This document shows, in pieces, positions 8,173 through 18,428 of a stretch of 27,388 nt of DNA (position 1 is the stretch's first letter; each line of letters starts with the position of its first letter). This DNA is from a virus (lineage: Duplodnaviria > Caudoviricetes). Where the stretch lies: the IMG/VR virus record IMGVR_UViG_3300017913_000850, positions 1 to 27,388 of that record. The stretch is one strand, 5' to 3'. The notes beneath the pieces are model-generated. The model was not told the origin of the DNA, searched no databases, and saw only the letters and a program-made list of their open reading frames with translations. Both the position numbers and the translations under genes were made by a program.

Positions 8173-11100
8173 ATGTTAGGACCTATTCCAGTCTATCTCA
8201 ATCAACAAGATGAGACAGAGAAAGACCCGTTAGGCGTATCAGAGATAGGTATCGAAGGATACGACCCAACAGGTACCAGCTATCTAGTCTCTAAAGCTGA
8301 TGATGCTTTAACTTCTGACACTGCTGAAATGATGCTGAAGTTTCAGCAACTAGACCCATATGATACTGGTGAGTTTGAAGGACAATTCTTATCAGACCAA
8401 GAAAGAGAAGACTTAAACTTTAAATTCAAACCTAAAGATTATCTTTCTCAGTTAGAGACCGAGAGATATAACTCTATCAAAGATACATTAAATACTGATG
8501 AAGGTAAACAAGTAGAGATAAACAAAAGAAATGCTATGCAGTATTACGATGATGTCTATAATTGTTTAGGTGGTCAATGTGATAATCCTTATCAAGACAT
8601 AGTTAATAATAGAGAAGCTGAATGGAGATATGATACTCTTCAATATAATAGACCTCTTATAGAATCTCTATATAGAACCTATGGTGCTCATGACTTAGAA
8701 GGTAATGTAAGAAAACCTCAAGTACTACTCGACCAGTTCATGAGAGACGGAGCACAAAGATTAGTTAACATTACTAAGTTAGGTGCTGATGTATTAGATA
8801 GTGACTTAATGACAGAGCAACAGAAGAAAGACTTAGCATTTCAATTACTATCGTATGAAAAGGTAGCAGCTACTGGTGAAGGTAGTAGACCTGCGTTATC
8901 TCAGACTGCTGATATTGTAGGTGGATTAGTTACTGACCCGACTAATGTTTTATTTGGTGGTGCTAAACCTGCAGTTCAGGCTACAGTAGGACAGTTAGGT
9001 AAAAAAGGATTGCTAGATTGGGCTAAGAAGATAGCTACTTCTGAAGGTGCTAAAGCTGCTGGTAAAGGTGGAACTGTAGCTGGACTATATACAGGTTTTG
9101 ATGAGTTCTTTAGACAGAAACCTATGATTGATGCTGGTCTTTTAGAGAAGGCAGACTGGGGTAGATTAACTCTATCAACAGGTATAGGATTCGGTATGGG
9201 TTCTGGTCTATCATTATTATTGTTTGGTGGTAGCACTGCTCTAAATAACTCTATGAACAAATGGATGGTAGATAATAATCTTACCAATAAAGAAGCTTTG
9301 TCTATGTTAAGAGACAACATGGATAACGAAGTTAAACTATATAAGTTCCTTAAGAATCTTGGCTGGTCTAAGAAAGATGTAGAAACTGAGATTAAATTCT
9401 TAAGAGAAGGCGGATGGAAATGGAATGACGAAGCTAAAGCTTGGGTTAACTCTGAAGGTGTTAAGCATAAAAATAGGATGGAGGTACGCAAAGGTGAAGC
9501 TGCGTTCTTTAAAGGTGAAGATGTTAAAGGTACTATGGCACCTAATGAACTTATTGCTAATGCACAGAAAGTTTTAGATGATGAGTATGCTGTTCAATAT
9601 AATAAAGAGATAGAGATTCCTTTCAGGAAGTATGGACAGAAGATGTTCGATTTCTTGAATAGAACTTTAGGTGATGGTATTAACTGGATATATGGTACTG
9701 ATGCAGTATTAGTTAGGTCTGGTCTTCGTAAGTATGCTACTGGTATCAGTGATGCTATGGCTACTTCTACTATTAACTCAGGTAGAATTACTAGAGGTCT
9801 TAAAGATTTTATCAAGGCTAACAAGAATGATTTAGGTGAAGACTTAAATGCTCTATGGAGAAACAGAAATGATAGAGCTAATTATAATCCAGCTCAAAGA
9901 GAGTTAATCGAAAGACTAGAGAAGATACATAAACAACAACTTCGTAATGCTGTAAGAAATAAAGTTATTACTTTAGATGAATACAAGAAGTTTATTAAAG
10001 ATACAAACTATGTTCCTCGTGTATGGAACACACAACATCTAGTAACTAAGAAAGGTGCTCAAGAGTTCTCTGACTTCTTAATGAAGTTATGGAAGAAAGA
10101 CCCTCAAGCAGCTAGACAAATTATTGATAATATTACACAGAATAAAAAACTTACTGATGAAGTAATTGATGCTAGGTTCAATAAGAATGCTGTTGCTAGT
10201 ATGTTCAGAAACAAAGCTGATAGAGAGATGTCAGTTGAAAGGTCTGCTCACTTAGAGAAGGGTAGAAAGATTAAAGTACCACCTAAGTATGAGCCATTAC
10301 TAGACCAATTCATGGCACCATTTGAAGATAGATGGGCTATGTACTTCGATGATGTCTTGAAGCGTAATGAATTTGCTAGTAGATTTGGTGCTAAAGATGA
10401 GAAGGTTGTAGATAAGATTAAGCAATTAAGAAAAGAAGGTAAAGGTAGAATAGCTGACAATCTACAAGAGATTTACTTTTCTACAGTTAAAGACACTAGG
10501 TCTAAGACAGTAGCTGATAATGCTGCTAAGCCTGCATTGTCTAGAGGTATATCAAAAATTAATGCTTATCAGACAGTAGACAAACTAGGTCTTGCTTCTG
10601 TACTTAATGCTACTCAGGGTTTTGTTAATGGTATCACTAATATGATGCAGTCAGGTGGAGGCATTAAGTCTTTCATTACTGCACCAGCTAGAGCTGTTAT
10701 GTCTATGCTTAATGCTATGGCACCTAAGCTTACACCTAAGAGATTAGATATCATACACAAGTCTGGTGTATTAGGTGAGATTGATATGGCTAGGATTGTC
10801 AATGAATCAGGACTACAAGCTAGGATTATTGAGAAAGAATTTAAAGGACCATTAAGATGGTTGAATGAACCTACTCAATTCTTAAGGAAGACTGGTTTCA
10901 TTCCAGTTGAAGCTTGGAACAGAAGAACTGCTGCTATTATGGCACACGGACACATTCAAGATTTACACGCACAACTACAGAGATTAATCAGTAAAGGTAA
11001 AGGCGGTACTCGTAGAGCAATTAAATTAGAAAAGCAGTTAAGAAATCTAGGTATTAATAATGCTATGTCTAAGAAAGATTTGACAGCTAACGATATCACT

Positions 11101-11631
11101 ATAGGTGTATACAATATGAATAAGGATGTCAACTTCTCTGGTGAATCATTTAATCTACCTACTAAGTGGCATGGACCTTATGGTAAATTATTTACTAAGT
11201 TCAAATCCTTTATGTTCTTTCAATCTAGATTCATCAAGCGTAGAGTTCTAGACCCACTGTTGATTGAGAAGAACCCAGTACCTGCTATTGCATACTTGAC
11301 TGCAGCTGGTGTGGCTGGTAATACTGCTGGTGATATTCGTAACTGGATGTCAGGTAGAGAAGAGGATGATGCTCATAACAGAGAGATGATGGCTTGGATT
11401 ATCAGAGGATTACAGAATGCTGGAGGCATGGGATTATTCTTTGAGACTATGAAAGGTGTACAAGAGGAAGGTCCAGGAGCTATTGGTTCAGACATAGCTG
11501 GTCCTACTATATCAGATACTTTTTATGTAGGTAAAGATTTACTTAACTTTGATTTCGCAAAAGCAGCTGAAAGAATGTTTGTACCTAATGTACCATTTAA
11601 AGAACAAATAAAGGAGCTAATGAGTTACTAA
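8173..11631 (+). CDS. Large internal virion / ejection protein (gp16-like)
   Basis: 1152 aa, Gly/Ala-rich hydrophobic stretch, NYVPRVW and LFTKFKSFMF motifs typical of podophage core proteins. Confidence 0.65.
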   Translation: MLGPIPVYLNQQDETEKDPLGVSEIGIEGYDPTGTSYLVSKADDALTSDTAEMMLKFQQLDPYDTGEFEGQFLSDQEREDLNFKFKPKDYLSQLETERYNSIKDTLNTDEGKQVEINKRNAMQYYDDVYNCLGGQCDNPYQDIVNNREAEWRYDTLQYNRPLIESLYRTYGAHDLEGNVRKPQVLLDQFMRDGAQRLVNITKLGADVLDSDLMTEQQKKDLAFQLLSYEKVAATGEGSRPALSQTADIVGGLVTDPTNVLFGGAKPAVQATVGQLGKKGLLDWAKKIATSEGAKAAGKGGTVAGLYTGFDEFFRQKPMIDAGLLEKADWGRLTLSTGIGFGMGSGLSLLLFGGSTALNNSMNKWMVDNNLTNKEALSMLRDNMDNEVKLYKFLKNLGWSKKDVETEIKFLREGGWKWNDEAKAWVNSEGVKHKNRMEVRKGEAAFFKGEDVKGTMAPNELIANAQKVLDDEYAVQYNKEIEIPFRKYGQKMFDFLNRTLGDGINWIYGTDAVLVRSGLRKYATGISDAMATSTINSGRITRGLKDFIKANKNDLGEDLNALWRNRNDRANYNPAQRELIERLEKIHKQQLRNAVRNKVITLDEYKKFIKDTNYVPRVWNTQHLVTKKGAQEFSDFLMKLWKKDPQAARQIIDNITQNKKLTDEVIDARFNKNAVASMFRNKADREMSVERSAHLEKGRKIKVPPKYEPLLDQFMAPFEDRWAMYFDDVLKRNEFASRFGAKDEKVVDKIKQLRKEGKGRIADNLQEIYFSTVKDTRSKTVADNAAKPALSRGISKINAYQTVDKLGLASVLNATQGFVNGITNMMQSGGGIKSFITAPARAVMSMLNAMAPKLTPKRLDIIHKSGVLGEIDMARIVNESGLQARIIEKEFKGPLRWLNEPTQFLRKTGFIPVEAWNRRTAAIMAHGHIQDLHAQLQRLISKGKGGTRRAIKLEKQLRNLGINNAMSKKDLTANDITIGVYNMNKDVNFSGESFNLPTKWHGPYGKLFTKFKSFMFFQSRFIKRRVLDPLLIEKNPVPAIAYLTAAGVAGNTAGDIRNWMSGREEDDAHNREMMAWIIRGLQNAGGMGLFFETMKGVQEEGPGAIGSDIAGPTISDTFYVGKDLLNFDFAKAAERMFVPNVPFKEQIKELMSY

Positions 11632-13055
11632 TGTCATTATTAACGCCACTCGTAAATAAAGTTTATAAAGCAGCAACTACTCCTGATGCTAGGGGTATGT
11701 TATCTTCTAGTTTTGAAAACTTAATAAGAAACTATTATAGTCCCTCACCTAAAGCTACAGAGGTAGCAGAGAAAGTAGGAGATGTAGTTGGACCTGTAGG
11801 AAGTAAAGTTGTTGGGGCTGGAGCTAAAGCATATGGACTTATGGAGTCTGCTGTAGACGGTGCTAAAAATTTTATAAAAATGCAAGACCCTTATAATGCA
11901 GCAGTGTATAGAACTGGAGGAGTTAATCCTGTAGTTATGCAGAAAGAAGCAAAGAAAGATGTAACTGCAAATGTACAAAATGCAATAGACCCTGAGAAAC
12001 AAAAACCTATTAAAGAAGAACAAGAGTTTGCTAATAGAGCATTATACCTATCACATAATACAGAACAATCTGCTAGAGAAGGAAATAAAAGTCCTATTTT
12101 AGGTAAGTTAGTAGATAAAATATCTGTAGATGGAGGCTACAAAAAAATAACTGAACCTGGTTTTTATCAAAGAGGTGTCAAGTTTCAGAACAAAACTATT
12201 CCTGGACAAGTAATGACTAAAGAAGAAGCTGATATAGTCGAGAGACTCACTATGGCTAAGTGGAAAGACCAGAAACTTACAGATAAGCTTTTATCTAAAG
12301 TAAATGAGAAGATGGGAACTAAGTTTAATATAGATGCTGGGGTTCCTTTACAATATGGTCTGGATGATAAGTTTATAATGAAGAGAGCGACTACAGGAGC
12401 AGCTGACCATACTCTTGATATAGTAAATAAGAACGGAAGAACACCACTTAAGTATATTGTAGAACAAGTCTATGCTCAAGGACTACCTAAAAATGTAGAT
12501 GAGTTAGTTGCTAGGTTGAAACAAGTGACGCTACCTAAAAGAGGAAAAAAACAAATGAGCTTCAGAATTGAAGAAGTAGACAGCACTGGTGTATACATTG
12601 ATTTTTCTTTACCTGGTGTAGGTATTACTGAAGGAGGTGTCAACATATTATTAAAGTTGAAACCAAACGGAAAAGGATTTGGTGTATTGTCTGACGAACA
12701 TAACTTTTTAGAATGGCTTCCTATTATTAAGAACCTAATTCCTAAAAGATTATTAGCTATGACTACTCCAGTTAACTTTAATTTAAGAAGAGAGTTCCCT
12801 AAACAATTAGGTAATTTAGGGTCAGGAAGAAAACCTGTACTGAAAGAGGAAACTAATCCTAAAATATTAAAGAAGAAAAAAGAAGAATCTTCTTGGGATG
12901 ACTTTGCTGGACCAGCTGATAAACTAAGAATTAGAGAAGCTGTTAGAGATAAGAACTATGTAGACCCTGAGATATTAAAACAAGAACAAATCAAAGCAAT
13001 ACTTAAAGCTGTAGGCATAGGTGGAGCAGGCTATCAAACAATGAAGGAGGATTAA
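11631..13055 (+). CDS. Hypothetical protein, 474 aa
   Basis: Long ORF with TAATG coupling; no family recognised. Confidence 0.75.
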   Translation: MSLLTPLVNKVYKAATTPDARGMLSSSFENLIRNYYSPSPKATEVAEKVGDVVGPVGSKVVGAGAKAYGLMESAVDGAKNFIKMQDPYNAAVYRTGGVNPVVMQKEAKKDVTANVQNAIDPEKQKPIKEEQEFANRALYLSHNTEQSAREGNKSPILGKLVDKISVDGGYKKITEPGFYQRGVKFQNKTIPGQVMTKEEADIVERLTMAKWKDQKLTDKLLSKVNEKMGTKFNIDAGVPLQYGLDDKFIMKRATTGAADHTLDIVNKNGRTPLKYIVEQVYAQGLPKNVDELVARLKQVTLPKRGKKQMSFRIEEVDSTGVYIDFSLPGVGITEGGVNILLKLKPNGKGFGVLSDEHNFLEWLPIIKNLIPKRLLAMTTPVNFNLRREFPKQLGNLGSGRKPVLKEETNPKILKKKKEESSWDDFAGPADKLRIREAVRDKNYVDPEILKQEQIKAILKAVGIGGAGYQTMKED

Positions 13056-13056
13056 G

Positions 13057-13362
13057 ATGGCAAGACAATATTATCAAGAAATGGATGTAGGACCAGACTT
13101 AGGAGATAGAACTATGTCACCTATTGGACCTAAAGAATATCTAGTTGAACACTATGTTAGAAGCTTAGGTATAGATGAACCTATGAGAAAAGTTCTAGAT
13201 ACTAAACCTGTAGATGAACAACTTGAAATATTAGGCATGCTTAATAAAGCAATGCAACAAAGCGGTATTTCGGAAGGAGGCTTAGGCATGCTATCTGATG
13301 TTATGAAAGGAACAGATAACATGCTAAACATTATACAAGGATTCAAACCTCCTAGCTTCTAG
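13057..13362 (+). CDS. Hypothetical protein, 101 aa
   Basis: Strong SD AGGAGG; last gene of the + arm. Confidence 0.75.
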   Translation: MARQYYQEMDVGPDLGDRTMSPIGPKEYLVEHYVRSLGIDEPMRKVLDTKPVDEQLEILGMLNKAMQQSGISEGGLGMLSDVMKGTDNMLNIIQGFKPPSF

Positions 13363-13640
13363 TCTTCATCCTTAGGTCTGTCAGGAGAAGCGTAATTCCA
13401 AAGTTCGTATTGATAATGGTCGCCAGTGTTACCATTCTGTCCGATTATATCCATACGCTCCTCATCCCATTCCTCTTCAGCTAGTAACTTGTTGTAGTAA
13501 TTCTCTACAGCAGTTGCTTTAATTCTTTCAACAAGTTTCTCGTACTTCTCTTCCGCTTCGATTCGTTTCTTTTTCTCCGTTTCATATTTCTTGACCCAAG
13601 AGGTATACGAATTCTTTTGAAGTTCACGCCAGCTATCCAT
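13359..13640 (-). CDS. Hypothetical coiled-coil protein
   Basis: Coupled to the upstream gene; C-terminal ERMDIIGQNGNTGDHY motif recalled from other phage ORFs. Confidence 0.7.
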   Translation of the reverse strand: MDSWRELQKNSYTSWVKKYETEKKKRIEAEEKYEKLVERIKATAVENYYNKLLAEEEWDEERMDIIGQNGNTGDHYQYELWNYASPDRPKDED

Positions 13641-13954
13641 TATTGATATCTCTTAAACCAAACTCTTCGACCATTCTTTCTGATGTCGATTGTCTTACAG
13701 TATTCAGTAGCACCACGCTTCTCAGCTGACATAACATACTGATAACAAGACCATACATCTTTACATACATAAGTACCGCCACCATCTATTCCATCATTCT
13801 TTACTACATCCATAGTAATTAAATCTGGTGCAGGGAACTGATACATATTAGGTTTATTCCAATCATGACTAGCATGTGTGTGAAAAGTTAAAAATAAAAT
13901 TGTTAATGTTAATATAATTTCTAGTCCGTGTTCTCTAAGTTTATCAAACATCAT
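13640..13954 (-). CDS. Hypothetical protein with signal peptide or TM anchor
   Basis: IILTLTILFLTFHTHA followed by a three-Cys domain. Confidence 0.7.
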   Translation of the reverse strand: MMFDKLREHGLEIILTLTILFLTFHTHASHDWNKPNMYQFPAPDLITMDVVKNDGIDGGGTYVCKDVWSCYQYVMSAEKRGATEYCKTIDIRKNGRRVWFKRYQ

Positions 13955-14156
13955 TCTTCCACTCCATATTTTCGTAAGCCCATTTACCTGGGTTCTCTTG
14001 TTTAATTATATGTTCCTCATTAAATGTATTCCTAGGATTAACTACATTCTTTGAGTTACCACCAATAGGTGCACCCTTCAGTGGCTTCTTACCTGCGGCT
14101 AAGTTAATTGCCCTTAGTCCAAAGTTGTTTGGCATATATACATCTACCATCCCCAT
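13944..14156 (-). CDS. Hypothetical protein
   Basis: Overlaps the nrdB end and the next gene; fills the gap. Confidence 0.6.
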   Translation of the reverse strand: MGMVDVYMPNNFGLRAINLAAGKKPLKGAPIGGNSKNVVNPRNTFNEEHIIKQENPGKWAYENMEWKNDV

Positions 14157-15106
14157 TCTCCTTTCATACCAGCAGCTGAGTAATCAGTTACTGTTCCTTC
14201 AAAAAAATTCTTAAAGCTATCACCAGCTATAATCCATTCAACCCAAGGCAGAGGATTATCTTTAACACCATAGTTTGCTTTAAGTCCTAACTGTATCAAT
14301 CTTCTATCAGCTAAATGCCTGATGTAATCTTTGACCTCACTCTCTTCAAGACCCTCGATACTTCCCATTTTATAAGCCAGATTGATAACCTTGTCTTCCA
14401 ATGAGACAGCAGTTTTAACCATTTCATATATCTCTCTCTTCAATTCATCCGTTACCACTCTAGGATGTTCATTACAAAATTGTCTAAATAACTTAGACAT
14501 CCCTTCGACATGCATTGATTCATCTCTAATACTCCACTCGACTACCTCACACATACCTTTCATCTTACCGAACCTTTGATAATTCAGTAGCATAGCAAAT
14601 GCAGAGAACAAAGACATACCCTCATTGATACAAGTCTGTGCTAATGCTTTAGCTAGACCATGAAGTGTATTCGTATCATTGTCCTGCATAAACTTAATCT
14701 TGTTCTTCATTTCTTTATAGTCTAAGAAAGCACTATATTCTTTATCATCAAAACCTAATGTGTCATTAAGCAGAGCATAGGCACGCTGATGCGTACCCTC
14801 TCTGTTAGCAAATGACATAATCATATTTCTTATTTCATGATTACGAAACTTAGGTAGATACAAGTCACAATAGTTCTGAGCTACCTGAACATCAGACTGA
14901 GTAAACAATCTAAGTATCTGAGTAATATGATTCTTCTCTACATCAGTAATGTCACCTCTCTTCCATTGGTCTACATCTTCTTGTAGTTTAACTTCCCATA
15001 TACCCCAGTGTATCTTCTCATGTTCTTCAGCAATATCCATCGCCCATTGATAGTTAAATGGTTTATATGTTAATGCTGGTTCCATTACCCCTGACAGCTC
15101 AGACAT
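14144..15106 (-). CDS. nrdB: Class Ia ribonucleotide reductase beta subunit
   Basis: Metal ligands TQSD, REGTH, NEG and RDESMH; radical Tyr in HQRAY; C-terminal NFFE...Y. Confidence 0.95.
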   Translation of the reverse strand: MSELSGVMEPALTYKPFNYQWAMDIAEEHEKIHWGIWEVKLQEDVDQWKRGDITDVEKNHITQILRLFTQSDVQVAQNYCDLYLPKFRNHEIRNMIMSFANREGTHQRAYALLNDTLGFDDKEYSAFLDYKEMKNKIKFMQDNDTNTLHGLAKALAQTCINEGMSLFSAFAMLLNYQRFGKMKGMCEVVEWSIRDESMHVEGMSKLFRQFCNEHPRVVTDELKREIYEMVKTAVSLEDKVINLAYKMGSIEGLEESEVKDYIRHLADRRLIQLGLKANYGVKDNPLPWVEWIIAGDSFKNFFEGTVTDYSAAGMKGEWGW

Positions 15107-16866
15107 TCGTCATCCTCCTTAAATGATTTTAATTTAACTCTCTCTACTTTCTTACCTATCTGTTCAGCAGTAGCACCACTGTTAGTTCTAAGATAATATA
15201 ATCCTTTTAACTTCTTAGCCCAAGCAGATAGATGTACCTTATTAACATAAGACTTCTCACTACCAGCAGGGAAGAACAGATTAACTGACTGACCCTGACA
15301 GATGAATGGTTGTCTAGTTCCTGCGTGTTCTACTACCCACATCTGGTCTAGTTCAAATGCAGTCTTGAATACATCCTTCTCCCAGTCAGATAGATAATCT
15401 AAATGTTGTACACTACCTTCGTGATGAATGATATCAGACCATTGTTCTTCCAACCACTCATTCTCAAAACCTAATCTTAATCTATGCTCATTAAGAACTC
15501 TAGCTAGGTGTTTGTTCTTAACTAGATGAGACCCAACGCGTGTCCTATGAGTATAAGCATTAGACTTAATGGGCTCAATAGAAGCAGAAGTACCGCAGAT
15601 AATACTACTATTAGCATTAGGGGCAATAGCAAGAAGATGGCTATTCCTTCTCCCACTTCCTCTACCATCTGGGTATTCTTTACGAACCTTAGCCAATCTC
15701 TTAGTCTCTTCAACTGCCTGCTCCTTAATTAACTTAAACATCTTGATGTTCTGTCCAGTAGCTTGTGCACTCTCCCAAGGAATATTCTTCGATTGTAGGT
15801 ACGAATGAAAACCCATAGCACCCAACCCTAGGCTACGCTCCTGATATGCGGAATGTGATGCCCTAGAGAGCTCCTGAGGTGCATTATCTATGAACTCTGT
15901 AAGTACATTATCCAACATGTTAATCAAGTCAGCTACTAATCCTTTGTCTCTCCACTCATCAAACGCTTCAAGATTGACGGAGGATAGGCAACATACCGCT
16001 GTTCGATTCGCATCTGTGGGTAAGTGTATTTCATTACATAAATTACTTCCTCTAATTTTAAGTCCTTTATCTTTAAGTTCTTGTGGTAAATGCTCATTTG
16101 CTCTATCTATAAAATTTAAATATGGTTCCCCTGTTCTGAATCTTACTTCGAGGAGTCTCTGCCATAGTTCTCTCGCACTGATTGTATCACGGACTTCACC
16201 ATTGCTAGGGTCACGAAGACTCCAAGGCTTATCATCAGCAACACAATCCATAAAGGCGTCAGTAATATTAACAGCATTATTAATATTAAAACACTTCCTA
16301 TTACTATCCCCTCCAGTAGGTACTCGAAGGTTGATGAACTCAATAATGTCTGGGTGACTAATGTCCGTATACGCTGCATAACTTCCCTTCCTTGTTTTTC
16401 CTTGTTTGTAAGCAGTCATAGATGAATCGCTTACTTTAATAAACGGTATTGGTCCAGGAGCTTTATCACTCACTGGTCTTACATCTCCCCAATGTCCTCC
16501 TACTCCACCACCTTTAACACTCAACCAAGCCAACTCCGACTGATGTCGTATAAGACCTTCAAGAGTATCAGGTACATAACTAAGAAAGCAAGAAATAGGT
16601 AACCCTTTAATTTCTTCTCCTTGCAACGGAGCGTTAGACAATATAGGACTACTGAACATAAACCAACCACTGCTAACTGCATCATATAACCTCTGTGCTA
16701 AACCCATATCCTTGCCACTATATGCAACACAAGCACGGGCGTATGCTTCTTGCGGTGACTTCTCTTTACCTCGTAGATAATAATTAGTGACAAGTTCTCG
16801 TGCCTGCTTAGACATCTTCTTGTCTCTAGTTCTATCTATTGTTATACCTAAATAATTACTCTTCAT
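15085..16866 (-). CDS. nrdA: Class Ia ribonucleotide reductase alpha subunit
   Basis: PISCF, SNLCNEI, IAPNANSS, CQGQSVN, LYYLRT and C-terminal CLSCQG. Confidence 0.96.
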   Translation of the reverse strand: MKSNYLGITIDRTRDKKMSKQARELVTNYYLRGKEKSPQEAYARACVAYSGKDMGLAQRLYDAVSSGWFMFSSPILSNAPLQGEEIKGLPISCFLSYVPDTLEGLIRHQSELAWLSVKGGGVGGHWGDVRPVSDKAPGPIPFIKVSDSSMTAYKQGKTRKGSYAAYTDISHPDIIEFINLRVPTGGDSNRKCFNINNAVNITDAFMDCVADDKPWSLRDPSNGEVRDTISARELWQRLLEVRFRTGEPYLNFIDRANEHLPQELKDKGLKIRGSNLCNEIHLPTDANRTAVCCLSSVNLEAFDEWRDKGLVADLINMLDNVLTEFIDNAPQELSRASHSAYQERSLGLGAMGFHSYLQSKNIPWESAQATGQNIKMFKLIKEQAVEETKRLAKVRKEYPDGRGSGRRNSHLLAIAPNANSSIICGTSASIEPIKSNAYTHRTRVGSHLVKNKHLARVLNEHRLRLGFENEWLEEQWSDIIHHEGSVQHLDYLSDWEKDVFKTAFELDQMWVVEHAGTRQPFICQGQSVNLFFPAGSEKSYVNKVHLSAWAKKLKGLYYLRTNSGATAEQIGKKVERVKLKSFKEDDECLSCQG

Positions 16867-17068
16867 CTTCTGCCTTAATATCTATCTTAATATACTTCTG
16901 GTCATCTTCATAATAAGATTCATATTGTAATCTACCTGAATCTAACATGTTGATACCATCTATAATACCTTGACCATATCTCTGTTCTGACCAGTAGTAA
17001 GAACCTAATCCTCCTGCTATACATAAACCAGTTACTAGCATAATAACTAATTCAATACTCATCATCAA
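16856..17068 (-). CDS. Small membrane-anchored hypothetical protein
   Basis: N-terminal TM helix; SD GGGAG. Confidence 0.65.
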   Translation of the reverse strand: MMMSIELVIMLVTGLCIAGGLGSYYWSEQRYGQGIIDGINMLDSGRLQYESYYEDDQKYIKIDIKAEDEE

Positions 17069-17207
17069 ACTTCTCCCTATTAAGAATTAGCTTGTAGTCA
17101 AATGCTTCAAGTAATTCCTCTACACTAATCTCTAGTATGTCACAGATAAGACATTCATCATATCCCTGTTCTAGTATCTTCTCTTTTAACTCGTCAAGTG
17201 TTAACAT
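17052..17207 (-). CDS. 51-aa acidic protein, not in the ORF track
   Basis: MLTLDELKEKILEQGYDECLICDILEISVEELLEAFDYKLILNREKFDDEY; overlaps both neighbours. Confidence 0.7.
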   Translation of the reverse strand: MLTLDELKEKILEQGYDECLICDILEISVEELLEAFDYKLILNREKFDDEY

Positions 17208-17566
17208 TTTTTTGCCCACTTTTTTAACTCCTTGATTTCTTTGGTACTAAATATTTTTATATCATACTTAGCACACCATTGTCGATAAGTAGTCTTACCT
17301 CCTTTCCTTGTCTTTTTCTCTGGGTCAGGCATAAGAAATATAAGATGCTTACCTTCAAACTTTAATTGTTCTGCGATAGCTCTATATTTCTGTGTATCTC
17401 CTGCCCTAAAGAATCCTTTGACTTCTATATAAAACTTTCCACTAACGAAATCAGGAGTGTAGTTTCTACGAACTGTGTAAGAAATTCTATGAGGTTCATA
17501 CTTCCAATCTCTCCCTAGTAATGTGTGACATTCCTTCTCTAATTTACTACGATACTTTGTTGCCAT
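17201..17566 (-). CDS. Endonuclease I-like Holliday junction resolvase (T7 gp3 family)
   Basis: YRSKLE, YEP, YTPDF and IEVKG motifs. Confidence 0.88.
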   Translation of the reverse strand: MATKYRSKLEKECHTLLGRDWKYEPHRISYTVRRNYTPDFVSGKFYIEVKGFFRAGDTQKYRAIAEQLKFEGKHLIFLMPDPEKKTRKGGKTTYRQWCAKYDIKIFSTKEIKELKKWAKKC

Positions 17567-18428
17567 CTCTATCTACCTCAATGACATCTGGTTTCTTAAC
17601 TACCTTAGTAAGATAGCGTGGACCATTAGCATATAGGAATGTTCTCAACTCAGGATAGCACTCATGTTTATATTGACAATAGCTACAACCTAGACCTAAC
17701 TTCATGTTGCCTGACTTACCATCTGGTTCAGGTTCATAACATCTCTCAGGTGGTTTATCCTGCATTATTAACTTCTTAATGTATTTAATCCTGTCTAGTA
17801 TCCTAAAGAAGTTAAGCTTAGTCCAGTAAGGTTTACTTTCATCTTCCATATCATATTTCAATACAGTAAGGTGACCATTAGTTTTATCCATAGCTAACCA
17901 ACCAAACTCCTTAGCTTTCTCAGCTTCAGCATAACCTTTTATCTGGTCAACATAACCGAATGGGTCATCATTAATTAGTGTACCATCCTTAAACTTCTTG
18001 AATCCATAGCTAGATGTAGACTTAACATCAATCAATGTGCCATCAATCTTACAGTCCATTGAACCTCTGATACCTGCTACCTCTACTTTTTTCTGTTCAT
18101 CAGTTACTTCGTGACCTGATAGTTTAACTAAAGCTAATACCATCTCCTCAATGAAATGACCATACAAGAATTTAATTCTAGTGTGTGGCATTAAAGGTTC
18201 CCCCTTAACTCCTTGATGTAGATACCATAACTGTCTATCCTTCTTACCTATGTTAGACATACGAACTGTTCGTCTATCTTCAGGTGGTTCAACGATAACT
18301 GATTTGATAATACTCTTAATGTTATTAGCTAAGTCATCTAAGACTTTGTCTACATCAACACCTTCTGGTATATCATTAGTCTCAACCAGATTGTAGATAT
18401 CCTCTACCACTGTGTCTATACTCTTCAT
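17547..18428 (-). CDS. PD-(D/E)XK Cas4/RecB-like exonuclease
   Basis: RMSNIG..RQLWY, GSMD..IDVKS, QIKGY and C-terminal CSYCQYKHEC. Confidence 0.8.
   Translation of the reverse strand: MKSIDTVVEDIYNLVETNDIPEGVDVDKVLDDLANNIKSIIKSVIVEPPEDRRTVRMSNIGKKDRQLWYLHQGVKGEPLMPHTRIKFLYGHFIEEMVLALVKLSGHEVTDEQKKVEVAGIRGSMDCKIDGTLIDVKSTSSYGFKKFKDGTLINDDPFGYVDQIKGYAEAEKAKEFGWLAMDKTNGHLTVLKYDMEDESKPYWTKLNFFRILDRIKYIKKLIMQDKPPERCYEPEPDGKSGNMKLGLGCSYCQYKHECYPELRTFLYANGPRYLTKVVKKPDVIEVDRDGNKVS

Noticed and set aside
8976-10802. Minus-strand ORFs inside the 1152-aa gene, plus similar ones at 7, 1010, 3854, 11745 and 13152
   Set aside because: Antisense shadows of long genes, without SDs or recognisable motifs.
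17547-18428. Cas4-like gene as evidence of a CRISPR-Cas system
   Set aside because: No array or other cas genes; stand-alone Cas4-like nucleases are common in phage replication modules.
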